Positions 52,201 to 64,000 of a DNA stretch of 64,000 bases are shown here, one piece after another. The stretch is from the human T2T-CHM13v2.0 reference genome, Homo sapiens, in NCBI RefSeq assembly GCF_009914755.1, contig NC_060935.1. One strand, given 5' to 3'. The translations under genes were made by a program, and so were the position numbers. Positions within the stretch are counted from its first letter, which is position 1; every line of letters begins with the position of its first letter. The notes below the pieces were generated by a model. The model worked only from the letters and a program-made list of their open reading frames with translations. It made no database searches and was not told the DNA's origin.

Positions 52201-53509
52201 GTCTCAGGCTGGGCTGTCAGAAGCAGAAGCACCCAGAACCCAGGGAGCACACAGAAATGATGGAAGGGGCCGAGGGGCCTGGGCTGAAGGCTGACTTCCT
52301 GCTTTGTCCTGCACAGGGAGAGAGAGACAGGGCAGTGGCTGTGCAAATGATGAGGCCCCCATCGAGGTGAGGGAGGGCTCTGGAATGACAACAGGCCCCA
52401 GCAAAGGTAGTGTCCTCCCACTGGGAGCTTTCCTCTTTCTGGGGATGCATCTTGTTCCCCAAGGTGCCACGTCACCTAGGTTAACTATCTGGAGAGATCC
52501 AGTTACCTTTTCTGCACTTAATTACTCACATTTTCTTGTTTTAGTGAGTGTTGTCTTTCCAGACCCTGGGGACCCCTTCCTCTCAGCCTCCTCACAGTCC
52601 ACTAGAGAGAGGAGAGGCTTCTGTGGTCTCTACAGGATAGGGACAGAGAAGGATGAGCCTCCAGCCCCTGCAGTGTGTATTGCATGTTGGTCCTGCTCTC
52701 CTGTCCCACCTGTGTCTCACCTCCGTAGATGGTAGAAATGGAGCTCAGAAGCCAGCAGCCTCTCTCCTTGGAGGATGCCAGTCCACTCACCTACTGTGCC
52801 TCACTCTCACCTAGGCCCCAGGCAGTCATGTGGGCACTGTGTTACCACCAAAGGTGAGAGGATGTGTTGCCAAGGTCACTTAGTGAGAGAACAGACAAGG
52901 CCCACCTCGAACCCAGGTGTCCCCTTTGTCCCTCTGGAGTTCTAGTTGTATTTGACCTTTCTTCCTGTGAACTGTGGGGTTTGGATACAGCAGAGACTGT
53001 CTCTTTGGTTGTGAACCAGATTCCTTCTTTCCAGCCACTCCCTCCCACCACACATGGCCACACATGTACATCATATGTGTACATGGTCCCTGGGGCAAAG
53101 ATCAGGTGGACAGGCAGTCTGCCTGCTGCCCAGTTCGCACACATGGGTGCCAGGCTTCACACACACTAACTGGAAGGGAAATGGCAGCTGCACGTGGTCT
53201 GGGGTATGATTTTGGTCTCCTAAGCTGTGATATTTTTTTTTCCTCTTCAAGTCATGTTCAAGTTCTAAGTATGGATGGTGCTTTAGGGTGATAGGAGTGT
53301 GCTAGAGGCAGGATCCAGGTCGGATTCTGGGGTTTGCTGGTTAAAGTGTGTCTTGACAAAGAATTGGAGGTGGAACTAGCCCCAGAGATGAAGCCAGGAG
53401 TGACGCACATGCTGGCTTCCCCAGAGGCCAGTGCATCTCCTTCATAGTCGCACTAGGCCTTGGGCATGGGAGGAGCAAGGTAATTCCAGCCCCTTTTCTA
53501 GTGTGACTC

Positions 53510-53660
53510 CATGTGGCTAATCTATACTGTTCTTCCTAGTTTGCCTGAATACATCCTGGTTTAATCAGTGTAATCGCAAAAAGTGTCTGATTTGAACAAT
53601 AATCAGTGTAACAATCAGTTTAATCAGTGTAATTGCAAAAAAAAGTGTCGATTTGGACAA
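53510..53660. mobile_element. MER94-like hAT-Blackjack remnant with internal tandem duplication
   Basis: TCCTAGTTTGCCTGAATACATCCTGGTTTA ... AAAAGTGTC.ATTTGGACAA. Confidence 0.45.
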
Positions 53661-54029
53661 CTGCCAGGCTGGCCTAACTTGTCCAGGGACTGAATGAAGC
53701 CCCATTTCTTCATCCAGTGTGTCCCATAGTATGGGGTGACACACACTGGCCAGTGAGGGCAGGACTGGAGACAAAGCAAAGATGGAGGAGAGCCTGCAGA
53801 TGGATTTGTTTCAGGGACTCCTGTTTCTTCTTCGCAGCTCCTTCCCTGCCAAGGAGGGCTGTCCCCTGGAGAAGAAAGAGACAAGCTCAAGTGTGCTACC
53901 ATCTATAACCATCAGTGATTCTTTGAGCTGGCCTTTGCAGAGTTCTTCATTTTGGTTCCCTGCCTGCTCTTTGTCTTCAGGATAAAATGCAGACTCTTTC
54001 TTTCACGAGGGCTTATTGCACAACGAACC

Positions 54030-54400
54030 TGTAATAGTCAGGGATCCTACAGGGAAAAGATGGCATCCTCAAACTGGGTAATTTGAGCAGAGTTTAATAA
54101 AGTGGATATTTATGAAGGTGCAGCCAAGGTGTAGGAAAACTGTAAGGGACAGTCAGGACCCTGGGGCCACGAACAGGAAGGCACTGTTAACACTTTTAGG
54201 CCTGAAGGGATAAGGGGAAGAGGTCATGGCTGCCACCAGACTTTGATGGAGGGATATAGACAGCTGGTGGATGGACCCTGCTTCCTCCCCAACCCCGACT
54301 CCTGCCACTGCTTCCCAGTGGCAGAACAACAGGAGGCCAGAGGGCAGGGAGCCTGTCCACGCGATCCGTGCTGGTCGGCCTGCACTGGGTGGTGGACTTG
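54030..54400 (-). mobile_element. Ancient ERVL LTR fragment (LTR33-like)
   Basis: TGTAATAGTCAGGG...AGATGGCA.CCTCAAACTGGGTAATTTGAG.AGAGTTTAATAAAG. Confidence 0.45.
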
Positions 54401-55043
54401 CGGACACACAGAGAGCAACGTGCTAGCTTGCTGGCTTTGTCCCTGCTAAATTTTCTCTTCTACCCATGCCTTCTATTCCATAAGCTCCCCGTTTCCATCC
54501 TTCCACAAACTCGCCAGTATTTTCCCCAGCTCCTTTGTGCTTTGCTCATGCTCCTCCTACTGCTGGACATGCTGCACCTTACTCCTCCTTGCTGTTTACC
54601 AAGCTCTTTCCAACCTTGGCAGCCGCCTCAACACTTACCAAGATCCAAATTGCCCTGAAAGCAAGCACGAGTCATGTGTGAGGGTTCTTGGAGTAGAGAA
54701 AAAAATTGTATCTACTTCCTGCCTTCCCAGAGTTCCACATATGACAAAAAGATAAAGCATGGACATCCTGCTTCCAGTACACACCAAGATAAAGTATGTC
54801 TGGAAAACACTCATGGGGGAACAGCAAAATTTTGCAGAGAAAAGCTTGCCGGTATATGAATTAATATTTAAGCTTGACCTTGGTGTGGCATAGGAATTTG
54901 TCTAACAAACAATAAGGAAGGGCATTCCAAATAAAGCAGGAAGTCACAGAATTCCCAATGTGAACAGAATGTACAGGAAACAGTGAAAAGTGGTCCGGTG
55001 CACCTAATGAATGTCATGTTCGAAGCAGTGTGGGGTGGGAGTG

Positions 55044-55074
55044 TGTATTAGTCTGGGTTTTCCTTTTCAACAGA

Positions 55075-55133
<59 letters not shown>

Positions 55134-55482
55134 ATCTATTCTAATCTATCGAGAGACTTATAAGAATTGGCTCATGTCTGTAGTGTAAGTTTCAGTCTCA
55201 GTCCAAAGGCCTGAGACAAAGGAGCTGATGCCCAAGGACAGGAGAGGAATGTCCCAGCTCAAGCTGGAAGAGTGAAGTGCCCTTCCTCCACTCTTTCATT
55301 CTGTCCAGACCCTCAGTGTATTAGATGGTGCCCTCCCACATTGGGGAGGGTGGGTCTTATTTATGAAGCCTGCTGATCATCTCTTCTAGAAACACCTCAC
55401 AGATACACCCAGAAATAACGTGCTACCAGCTGTCTGGCATCCCATAGTTCAGTCAAATTGACACAGAGAATTAATCATCACC
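55044..55482 (-). mobile_element. MLT2-type ERVL solo LTR
   Basis: TGTATTAGTCTGGGTT ... AAACACCTCACAGATACACCCAGAAATAA ... GTCAAATTGACACA...TTAATCATCAC. Confidence 0.85.
55075..55137 (+). repeat. (ATCT)14 ATC ATCT tetranucleotide STR (GATA type)
   Basis: Counted directly; lies inside the MLT2. Confidence 0.95.
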
Positions 55483-57725
55483 GAAAATGAGGTGGAACTT
55501 TGTAGGGATCACTCACTGAAGTCCAAGCTCCAATGGCAGATGGAGTCCAGCGTGAATTCCCACTGAACTTTCGGCACTTCTGGGCTCTTTCCTTTATGAA
55601 TGGTTGGTCTCCATGACAGGATTCCAGAGACCACTCTTCTGTGTTTGGACTGTTTTGAACATGCTAGGGAAAGAAAAGGAAAGAAAAACATCCAGGTTAC
55701 CTAGCTTTGGTCACCTAGGGGAAAAAGGCTCCACTGTCTGTGGCTCTATGAGATGATGAAGATGCCCCACCTTGCCCAGGTTACCTTTTGCTAGAGTTTA
55801 GAATTTAGAGTTCTTGGCTACATGTGTGTAACAGAGTTATTGAATCAAAAAAATGGCTTGTGGGAGCCGTGACTTACAAACAAGATATGACCTATTGAGC
55901 AAGCCCATTCTTGCTTCAGCATTTAAATTAGTGTTGGGCTTTTGTTGTAGGTACAAATCAAAGTGTTGTGCCATTCATTTCGGAAAAGTCACGGCCCACC
56001 AAACTCAACAGAGTTTGTTTTGAGAGGATACTACTGTATTTGACAGGGACAGGAAGGACAGGTGGTAGGTGTGCTTATGGAGAATTTTCTGGAGGTGCAC
56101 AGAGCAAAGGCTTCTTGATTTATCCCTAGGACATTACAGAAGTGGAGGGGGACTGCCTCCTTGCACGATTCTCACACACAGTGACCAGGTGTTGGGGGAG
56201 ATGTGTGCATTTGTATTTGTGAGTGCAGGTTGGTGGGGACATGCAGAGTAATTATACTCACACACTGGGCCTTTATTGGATGCAGGCCTCATGGTCTTTT
56301 ATCTCTCGGGAGTTTGTGAAAGATGGGAGATTTTAATCAAATAATTAATCAGTGGACAGATATTTATTGTGTGCCTACGTTGTACTCTACACAATGTTCT
56401 GTAGAGACACAAGTGAAAATAAGACATGATCCTTGCTTTTCAAGAACTTAAAATCAATCAAGTCAGCAATGTTACATCCCTAAGATGAGAAAGCAGTACA
56501 TGTTATAGACTGTACAATAGGTTTATTTGTTGAATTTTTACAATAAACAAAAGAATGTATTTACATGCATGTTTCCATTTAATCTTCTCATTAACCCCAT
56601 GCAAGAAGAGAGGTTATTTCTACTGCAGGTGATTTAAATGAAACCCAGTGGAGTGAGATAACCTCTCTGAGGCCTGAGGGGCATCAGGAACAGAGCTGGG
56701 ACATTCCTTGTAGCAGTCAGACTTCAGACCCTATTCTCTTTGCTCTCCCGGAGCCTCTCTCTGACTACAACTACCTCCTAGCGGTGTGGGACTCACAGTG
56801 CAGTGTGTGTGCTGCTGCTTTTGGTTTTGTTTGTTTCCTTTTTCCTCCCCCTAATCCTTTCACCTGTATCATAAGTGTGCTGTCTGCTTCTACCTAGGCA
56901 TGATGAGCCCTCTTACTTTCATAGCTAGGAAAGATTCCATGGCCTACCTCCGTTTTCTTATGTCATGCAAAAATGGTAATAGTTGGGAGACGTAAGAACA
57001 GTGTGCAATGTGAGTCTAAGTCTAGTATTTTTGTCTCTCTATGACCCAGATCAATTTTGTAAACTTCCACACAAGTTTAGAGTCTAAAAGAAATCCAGTA
57101 GGGTCAAAATTAGCAGCCTCAGTAGTGACGCTTTCTCTTACGATAAAGGAGTAAGGTGCTAGCTGATATCTGAATGTTCAGTGTCTTCGTGGGGAAGTAT
57201 CCTGTTTTGTTAATTTCTTAGTTTCCCCCAGAGAACACTTTCTCACAAGCGCAGATGTGGAAGATGTACACGCCAACCCCATGGCAGCGTGTGTGGGTAT
57301 TTCTGAGCCATTTGCGTCGTGATGTTCCCCTATGATGCTTGAGGGGAGGGGCAGGGCACAAGCCGAATGCTCAGAGGCACCAAACTTAGGGGCAGCTGGA
57401 GCATTTCTGTGTGATAAGAGGCAATTGTGACCAGGTGCTGCGAAGGGCGAAAGCACTTATTTTGCTGTGGCTTCAAGCATTGCTTGAGATGCGCTGCCTT
57501 TCAGACACAGTTAAAGGGCCATTTGATAGAAGGAACGGTTGGACCGCACACTGTCTGCATCCATTATTGCCCTCAGATCTTCAGGCAGGTGTGTTTAAGA
57601 AAGGCCAAGCCTGGATGTTTCTCTCTTTTTTCAATAATCTATCTCCTTATTGCAACACTCTCTTTGCCCATCTTTAGAAGATTCCAAGCAGACACTTTTG
57701 CTTCTTTTTTTCTTCCAATTCCCAG

Positions 57726-57819
57726 GTTCTCTCTCTCTTTCTCTCTCTCTTTCTGTCTCTCTCTCTCTCCCTCTCTCTCCCCCCTACCCCTCTCTCTCTA
57801 TCTCTCTTTCTCTTTTCTC
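57726..57819 (+). repeat. CT-rich polypyrimidine tract
   Basis: Degenerate (CT)n of about 90 bp. Confidence 0.85.
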
Positions 57820-59738
57820 ATCCTAAATCCAAAAGTAGCTTCAGGACCTGAGTCCATACTTTCATGGTTCTATTTCTGCGGTGCACATCTTGGGCTTGCT
57901 TAATCATTTGTTTTTGCTTTTCCTCTATGTGTAAATGCAGCATGTGTAATAAAACAACTATTCATCAGAGAGATATTCAGGACACAGAGGGTTGCATTTT
58001 TAGAGCATTGGAACAATAGGTGCAGCTGCAGAAAATTACAGGTATGGCAGTGTTCTTTCTCTACCATACTCGAGCTCCCATGCATGAGTGAGCATGTGCA
58101 CATGTGGCTGGATCCTCTTTTGGCCAAATACACCCTGAATATTGACACAGGTGGGGCACCCTCAATAATCCCTGCTCAAACAGTATAGGCCTATTCTCTA
58201 AAAGAAGACACTTATCCAAAAAAGGAACATGGTGCAGACAGACACACACAGACTAAGAAGGGGACTGTGGCTCGGTACTGAAATGGAAAACACATGCCTT
58301 TTCCAGGCTTTATTTCTTTTTGTCTGGATTCTTCCAGGATGCTGAGTATGCTAGGCCATGGGCTGTCCACGGGGGCCACACACAGGAGGGGAAGGCCGCA
58401 GGAGGGATGCTGATGGGAAAACCATTCACAGAGACACAGAAGGCTAATGGCCACTGCCAGAGGGCTGCAGTGCGGGGCAACTGGAGGGCAACATTGAAGC
58501 TGGAGGACAGAAGGGAGCTGGAGTTGCAGGGCCCAGTCCAGAATCCTCAAGGGAACCTCTGTCCCTCTATTCTTCATATATGTGGCAGGATGGGCAGAGA
58601 GGATGCCAGCGGTGGGAGGGCGGTATATCTGGAGGTTGTGGACGAAAGGGGAGAGGCTTTGCAGGTCTGATCTGGGAACATCCCGCCCTTTTGATCGCCC
58701 ATCTCCCACCTCTTGTTGGCCTATGTTACATTGACTTGTGACTATTCCTCCATATCTGATGAGCGGCCATCTCCAGTTCAGCTCACCTGGATGAGTCAGG
58801 GACAGTGGAGTTTGAAGCCTTACTCACTCTGACTTAATCACCAGTTAACCACCATCCTGAGAGAGGTGAGATACCGTACCGTGTTTCAGGAGCAGTTTTG
58901 TAGAAGGACTATGTCAAGGGCTGTCTCTGCAAAGAGAGGACTCGTTGTCTGAATGTCCCACCTCCAGAGCCTTCTCTGTGGCTGAGAGAGCAATTATGCT
59001 CATTTTCACTTTTCTTTTTTTAACCGAGGAGCGATGTGTCCTCTGCATTGTTGAGGAGACTGGATCAATGAGACAGATAGATGGGGGCAGGTGTGAGGAG
59101 GTGACAGAGTTGGCTGCCGAGGTACCTTTGTGATCCATCTCTGCAGAAGCCGGCATTCATTCCGTGGGGATTCAGCAAGACTGATACCCAGCAGTGACAG
59201 TTTGGACATCTAAACATGACCTTGGATGTGTTCAGAACCGCAGCTGGAACTGTGCCAACTCCTCAGAGTAGTACATCACAGGAGCCGCAGAACCATGCTG
59301 GAAATTGGCTGCGTTCTGAGTGCTAGTGCATCTGCAGACGAACCTCTCTGGCCCTGTAGTGCGGTGCAGTGTTGGGGGACGGCTTCCGTTTCTGTCAATT
59401 TTCAATAATTAGATGCTCACAAGGAAGCCCAGGACAGTCCTCTCGTGTTCATCGGGAGGTTGTGAGATGCCCTCGTTGTGGGCATCAAAAATAATTATTC
59501 AAGCAGTTTAGTGTTTGTCAGTCAGCGTTTCCTGCACCATGGCCACTCACCTGGTACTTGTCAGATTTCAGCTGCTGGGGAAGAAAATAAAGGACTCTGC
59601 TTCTGGTTTCCCTGAACATATGGGTTACAGGAAAGTTCTCTCCTGTAACGTATCAGAAAACTGTTTCATACCAGGGTCCTTTCCTAGTGCCTATTCACTC
59701 TGCAACTCTCATTTTTGCCAGGAAACACACGTCTAGGT

Positions 59739-59921
59739 TAGAGGTTCTCAGGGAGCTCTCCAGACCAGCATCAGCAGCATTTGGAATTTTGTCAGAAATG
59801 CAGCCTCCCAGGCCCTGCCTGGGCCTACTGAATCAGAAACCCATGGAGTAAGGTCCCAGGAATCTCTTTTTTATCAGGTCTTTCAGGTGATTCTGATGCA
59901 CAGTGAATTTGAGAAGAACTG
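59739..59921 (+). mobile_element. MER5A (hAT-Charlie MITE)
   Basis: CAGACCAGCATCAGCAGCAT...CCTACTGAATCAGAAAC...CAGGTGATTCTGATGCAC...TTTGAGAAGAACTG. Confidence 0.85.
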
Positions 59922-60499
59922 ATTTAGATGTTCTTTTGGGAGCACCTATAAGAACACTAAATTTGGAAAACAAAACAAAAACTGGCATGAATCCTGCTTC
60001 TACAGTTTAATATCAGCATGGTTTCAGTCAATATGGCTAATGTTTTTTAGCCTCAGCTAATTTTGTCTGTAAATTGGCAATAAGTGAACCCAACCAAGTT
60101 TGTGAGATGATAAAATAGTACACATAGTGGGCTCATGTAGTCAATTAACATTGACCATGAATGTGAATTCATCCAGTCCCTGCTTGGACCCAAGTGAAGG
60201 TCAGAGCAGTGGCCACCCTTCAGATTATTAATATAAGCTATCCTAGATACATTACTAGCAAAGCAAGCTGCAAAGTGTGTTTTTGTTCTTGAGAGATTTC
60301 AAACTTATGTCGTTCCAAATTCATGTTTCAGACAAGGCAGTACCAGATGGCAGTCATGGGGTCTGCAAGGAGCATAAGGGAAGGTACACCCTTAGGTGTA
60401 GTAAGAGAGGTGCACCCTCTATCGACTGTAGTTTTCTCCTTCTTGCTCACCCTCAGAGTCCATTCTGGATATTGTCATCAAAGCCACAAGAAAGGCTTG

Positions 60500-61220
60500 G
60501 ATCAGTTCAAACTTCATGTGCATTCAGGTTACCTGGACATCTTATTAAAATGCAGATTCAAATTTCTTATCTCTGAGAGGAGACCTGAGTTTCTGCATTT
60601 CTGATGAGCTCCCACCCAAGTGATGCTGATGTTGGTGGTTTGCCAGCCACACTTTTGTGTAGTGTGGTGCTAGCTCAGTGCTTCTTAAACCCTAATGTGC
60701 ACAAAACTCATGTCTAGATATGAACTTCTAGATGTGACTCAAGGAATGACCAGGGGCCATCAGCTTTGGCATTACCTGGGAGCTTGCTAAAAATGCAGAA
60801 TCCAAGGCCCTACCTCAGACCTACTGAATCAGCATCTGTACTTCAGCGAAATCCCCAGGGGGCTCATGTGCACCGTAAAGCTTGAGAAACATGTGGAGCT
60901 GGCTTCACAACTTTGTTTATTTCCATAGAAATCTGTGGTTGGTTTAAGGCTGTGTTCTCACCACCTTGAAATCCTTATTCATGCTTGAGCAAAATATTCT
61001 GTGTTCTTATTTTGCACTGGGCCCCATAAATGATATAAGTTGTCCTAGACACACTGCTCCATATTAGTGGTTTTGAAACATTAGTGTGTGTATGACCCAA
61101 CTGAGATGTTGTTATAAATTCCCAAATATTCTGAATCAGTAGACTGGGGGTGAGACTAAGAATCTGTAATAAACCTCTCCTGTGATTCTAATATAAGTAG
61201 TCCATGAGCACTTTGAAAGG
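60500..61220. mobile_element. Cluster of hAT MITEs: MER5-type (-) ~60500-60670, MER5-type (+) ~60720-60893, MER45A ~60895-61047, MER5B-like ~61065-61220
   Basis: MER5 motifs TTATTAAAATGCAGATTC and CAGACCTACTGAATCAG; MER45A end TTTTGCACTGGGCCCCATAAATGATATAAGTTGTCCT. Confidence 0.7.
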
Positions 61221-61649
61221 TAGTCCCCAGATCTTCTCCAAGCTAGGCCTTCACTCATTTCCATGCTGTATCAGGATGGTGCCAGAGAGAGCCCACCTCT
61301 CATCTGCATTGCCAGAAAATGCAATGAGCTGCAAAAAACTTGTTGGACACCTGTGCCAAGGTGTTTCTTTTTGGGCAGTATTTCCCACAAGAACTCTCAG
61401 CAAACTATCCCTGTGCACCTAAGTGATCCTTACATAATGTTGAGACATTTACATAAGCAAAGCAGAAAGGATGCACAGTACAGGATGTCTCATGGGGACA
61501 GGGGGTCTCCTGAAGAAGCAGGTGTGTATAGTAGCACTTGTTAGAATTTTTATGGTCACAAACCATTTTGAGAATCCAATAGAAGCCATCACCCATCCTC
61601 AATGAAAAATTCACCTTTGCACATTATGAGTCTCACATAGTACCAGGAA

Positions 61650-61840
61650 TTAGAAGACTTGACTGAGAGGTCTGACTTCTATACTTCTAGCTCTCATTCC
61701 TTGGACAAGTCATCAGGCTATTCAGAACCCTAGTGTCCTGATCTTTAAAGCAGAGAATGGGTAAGAGTGTCAACCTCATAAATTTGTTGCAAAACATCAA
61801 AGGAGACATTGAGCTGTAAAAGTGCTTTGTACACTGCAAA
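61650..61840 (+). mobile_element. MIR
   Basis: CCTTGGACAAGTCA...CCTAGTGTCCTGATCTTTAAA...TGTAAAAGTGCTTTGTACACTG. Confidence 0.6.
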
Positions 61841-62768
61841 ATAATGTATACATTTGAGACATCATTATACATCCTATGCTACATTGTTATTTCCAGCATT
61901 ATAGTCAGGATCAGGACACTGCTTGTAAATTTAGCCTAAGGCCATGGAACAGACTTGCTGTAGTAAGAGAGGGAAATGAATACAGACAGAAAGACATGAT
62001 GAGGACTTGGCGAGAGTTGCTGGGAAATTTAAAAGTGTAGAAAAGAGAAGGGAGATTCCACAATTCAAGGACTCCAGATGCAAAAATAAAAGAAAGAAAA
62101 TCTATTTTTATATGTGCAGACAGTTTTGAGATTTTGGAAAGTGGCTTTAGTCTAGCAGTTAACCGAACATTTCTGCCCCTGGGTATAATGAAGATGAATA
62201 GCAATAGTGGTGGTCTGTATTTAGTTTTGACTGCAGAAGCCTTCTGTGGGAATTTGCTATTCTGAGATGAGAGGAATGATGTTTAGTAGTTAAAAGCTGG
62301 GTCTCTGATCTAACACATAATTATTGTGTGACTTGGAGAACTAGTTTAGTTTAGTTTCTCTGCTCTTCTAGGCTTTTTCCAATAAAAGATTCTTCATAGG
62401 GTTATTATAAGTATTGAATGACTTAGTGCACCCTAAACAGCTAGACATAACTATGAAGGATTATCATCACCCAAATCCTTGAGCAAAGGGAGAACTGGTA
62501 GTATTCGAAGTATCCAGCCATCCTGGGCATGCAAGGTACCTCTAGGTTATAACTGAGATCGTATTTGAAGTGGTTCTGTGCTCAAGTGGTTTGAGAAGCT
62601 CCGAGCAACATTCTGAGGCTGTAATCCCATAAGACCTTTGCTGTGTTCCAGAAAAGTCCACCCCTGACAAATCAAAGGAAATGTATGTGTTGGGGGAAGG
62701 GAGAAAGACAAGATATTCTAGCCTTGCCATGAGGACCTCCCTCTGATGGCTGCTGTCGTCTCTCAGTC

Positions 62769-62799
62769 CCTTGACGTACCTGTCTGGTCTTCCCTTCAG
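62769..62799 (+). promoter_or_regulatory. Branch point, polypyrimidine tract and 3' splice site of the NTM exon
   Basis: TTGAC (yUnAy) with A at 62774, 26 nt upstream of the exon, then a pyrimidine-rich tract ending CAG. Confidence 0.75.
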
Positions 62800-63032
62800 G
62801 TGCACTATTGACAACCGGGTCACCCGGGTGGCCTGGCTAAACCGCAGCACCATCCTCTATGCTGGGAATGACAAGTGGTGCCTGGATCCTCGCGTGGTCC
62901 TTCTGAGCAACACCCAAACGCAGTACAGCATCGAGATCCAGAACGTGGATGTGTATGACGAGGGCCCTTACACCTGCTCGGTGCAGACAGACAACCACCC
63001 AAAGACCTCTAGGGTCCACCTCATTGTGCAAG
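62800..63032 (+). CDS. NTM: Neurotrimin internal coding exon (233 bp, phase 2 to phase 1), most of Ig-like domain 1
   Basis: Translates as (R)[77 protein letters not shown]: an IgLON Ig domain with C...W...DEGPYTC and an NRS sequon. [15 protein letters not shown] and SNTQTQ match NTM rather than OPCML (recalled as DDRV, KWSIDPRVIIL). Acceptor tcttcccttcAG (AG 62798-62799), donor AAG|GTAGGT (GT 63033-63034). The ORF track entry 62771..63214 reads through both splice sites. Confidence 0.97.
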
Positions 63033-63689
63033 GTAGGTGGGCGGGGCTTGGCGGGGAGATCTGGCTGGCCAGCCTGGAAAGCCTTCAGGTAAAGGTTTGT
63101 TCTCTGATCCTCAACAGAGATGAGTTATCCTTATTCTACGCATCTGGGGTCCAGGGCACATTTCTGGTTGTCATTTTGCAGTTAGAAGCTAAATTTTCCA
63201 GTCATTTTCATTGAGTGGAACTAGGAATTGTTTTTTTCATTTTTGTTCCAATAATATATTTTCTCAGGAAATTATCTTGTAATTATTGCTCTTCTTGGCT
63301 TTTTTCTCCCCTAAGTTTTAGTTATTTTTGTTTGTTTGTTTTTTGTTTTGTTTTGTTTTGTTTTTTAGATTTCATCCAATTCCAAGACTGTGTTATGTTT
63401 AAAACCAGACTTTTAATGCACTTTTGGAAGTACAGGTATGCCATGTCCCCCTCCAGCCTTGAACGAAAGCAGAGCCAACCAGGATGCACTGGGCACTGCC
63501 CTCAGCTGCATCCTTCACAAGCACCTGCTTGTTTCCAGCTCACTTGCGCCTCCTCTCCTCTCCCAGCCAGGGGTTTTGGATGCCATTTCTCCCATATAAT
63601 ACTGGTGTCTGATTCTCCCTGTTTTGATTCCATCCCAACTCTCCTGGCCTTCTTCTCCTCCCCTGACTCCTAGTTCATGAGGCCTTGTA

Positions 63690-63693
<4 letters not shown>

Positions 63694-63756
<63 letters not shown>
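63694..63756 (+). repeat. Compound (TG)18(GA)14 microsatellite
   Basis: Counted directly. Confidence 0.95.
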
Positions 63757-63761
<5 letters not shown>

Positions 63762-63879
63762 TGTGTTGGTTATGCTCTCTTAGACCCTGGGAATGGAGCT
63801 CACCTCTTCCCACAAGGCAGAACCAGTCCTGGGGCATTCAGACAACACTTAACCCGGTTGAAGGATTCCTAGTTAGTGA

Positions 63880-64000
63880 GCAAGAGCTGGCATCACACTT
63901 GGCCACTTTCTGGCTGTGAGACCTTAATCAAGTTATTACCGTGTCTCAGGGTTCTCTTTCTGTAAAGGGGGTCAACGTGAGGATTGAATTGTAAACGTAC
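63880..64000 (+). mobile_element. MIR
   Basis: GCCACTTTCTGGCTGTGAGACCTT..CAAGTTA...TCTGTAAAGGGG...GTGAGGATTGAAT. Confidence 0.65.

Noticed and set aside
62771-63214. 147-aa ORF as a single-exon protein
   Set aside because: Only 62800-63032 is IgLON-like and bounded by splice sites; the flanks are intron read-through.

Overview
Primate (very likely human) genomic DNA: Alu-, L1-, L2-, MIR- and ERV-rich, not prokaryotic. The only protein-coding sequence I can support is one 233-bp exon on the + strand (62800-63032) encoding most of Ig domain 1 of neurotrimin (NTM, IgLON family). About 62.8 kb of the window is the 3' part of the long intron before that exon; the last ~1 kb is the next intron. 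The other ORFs in the track are Alu, L1 or low-complexity artefacts or chance ORFs. The intron holds an antisense ERV1 provirus (MER61-like LTR, tRNA-Ile PBS) nested in an HSMAR2 mariner, a MER57 solo LTR, Alus, L1 fragments, hAT MITEs, STRs and a ~1.9-kb TG-rich tract. I did not find a demonstrably new biological system. The best leads are: (1) a perfect p53 response element in the antisense LTR with a consensus splice donor just past the PBS; (2) the large sense-strand UG tract with candidate cryptic exons just downstream; (3) an L1PA+MLT1A chimeric insertion inside one TSD; (4) an NRF1/GC-box/TATA cassette on a Z-DNA repeat; (5) a hairpin carrying two AP-1 sites; (6) an old ~200-bp local duplication. 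Repeat subfamily names come from remembered consensus sequences, not a database search, and repeat boundaries are approximate unless a TSD is given.
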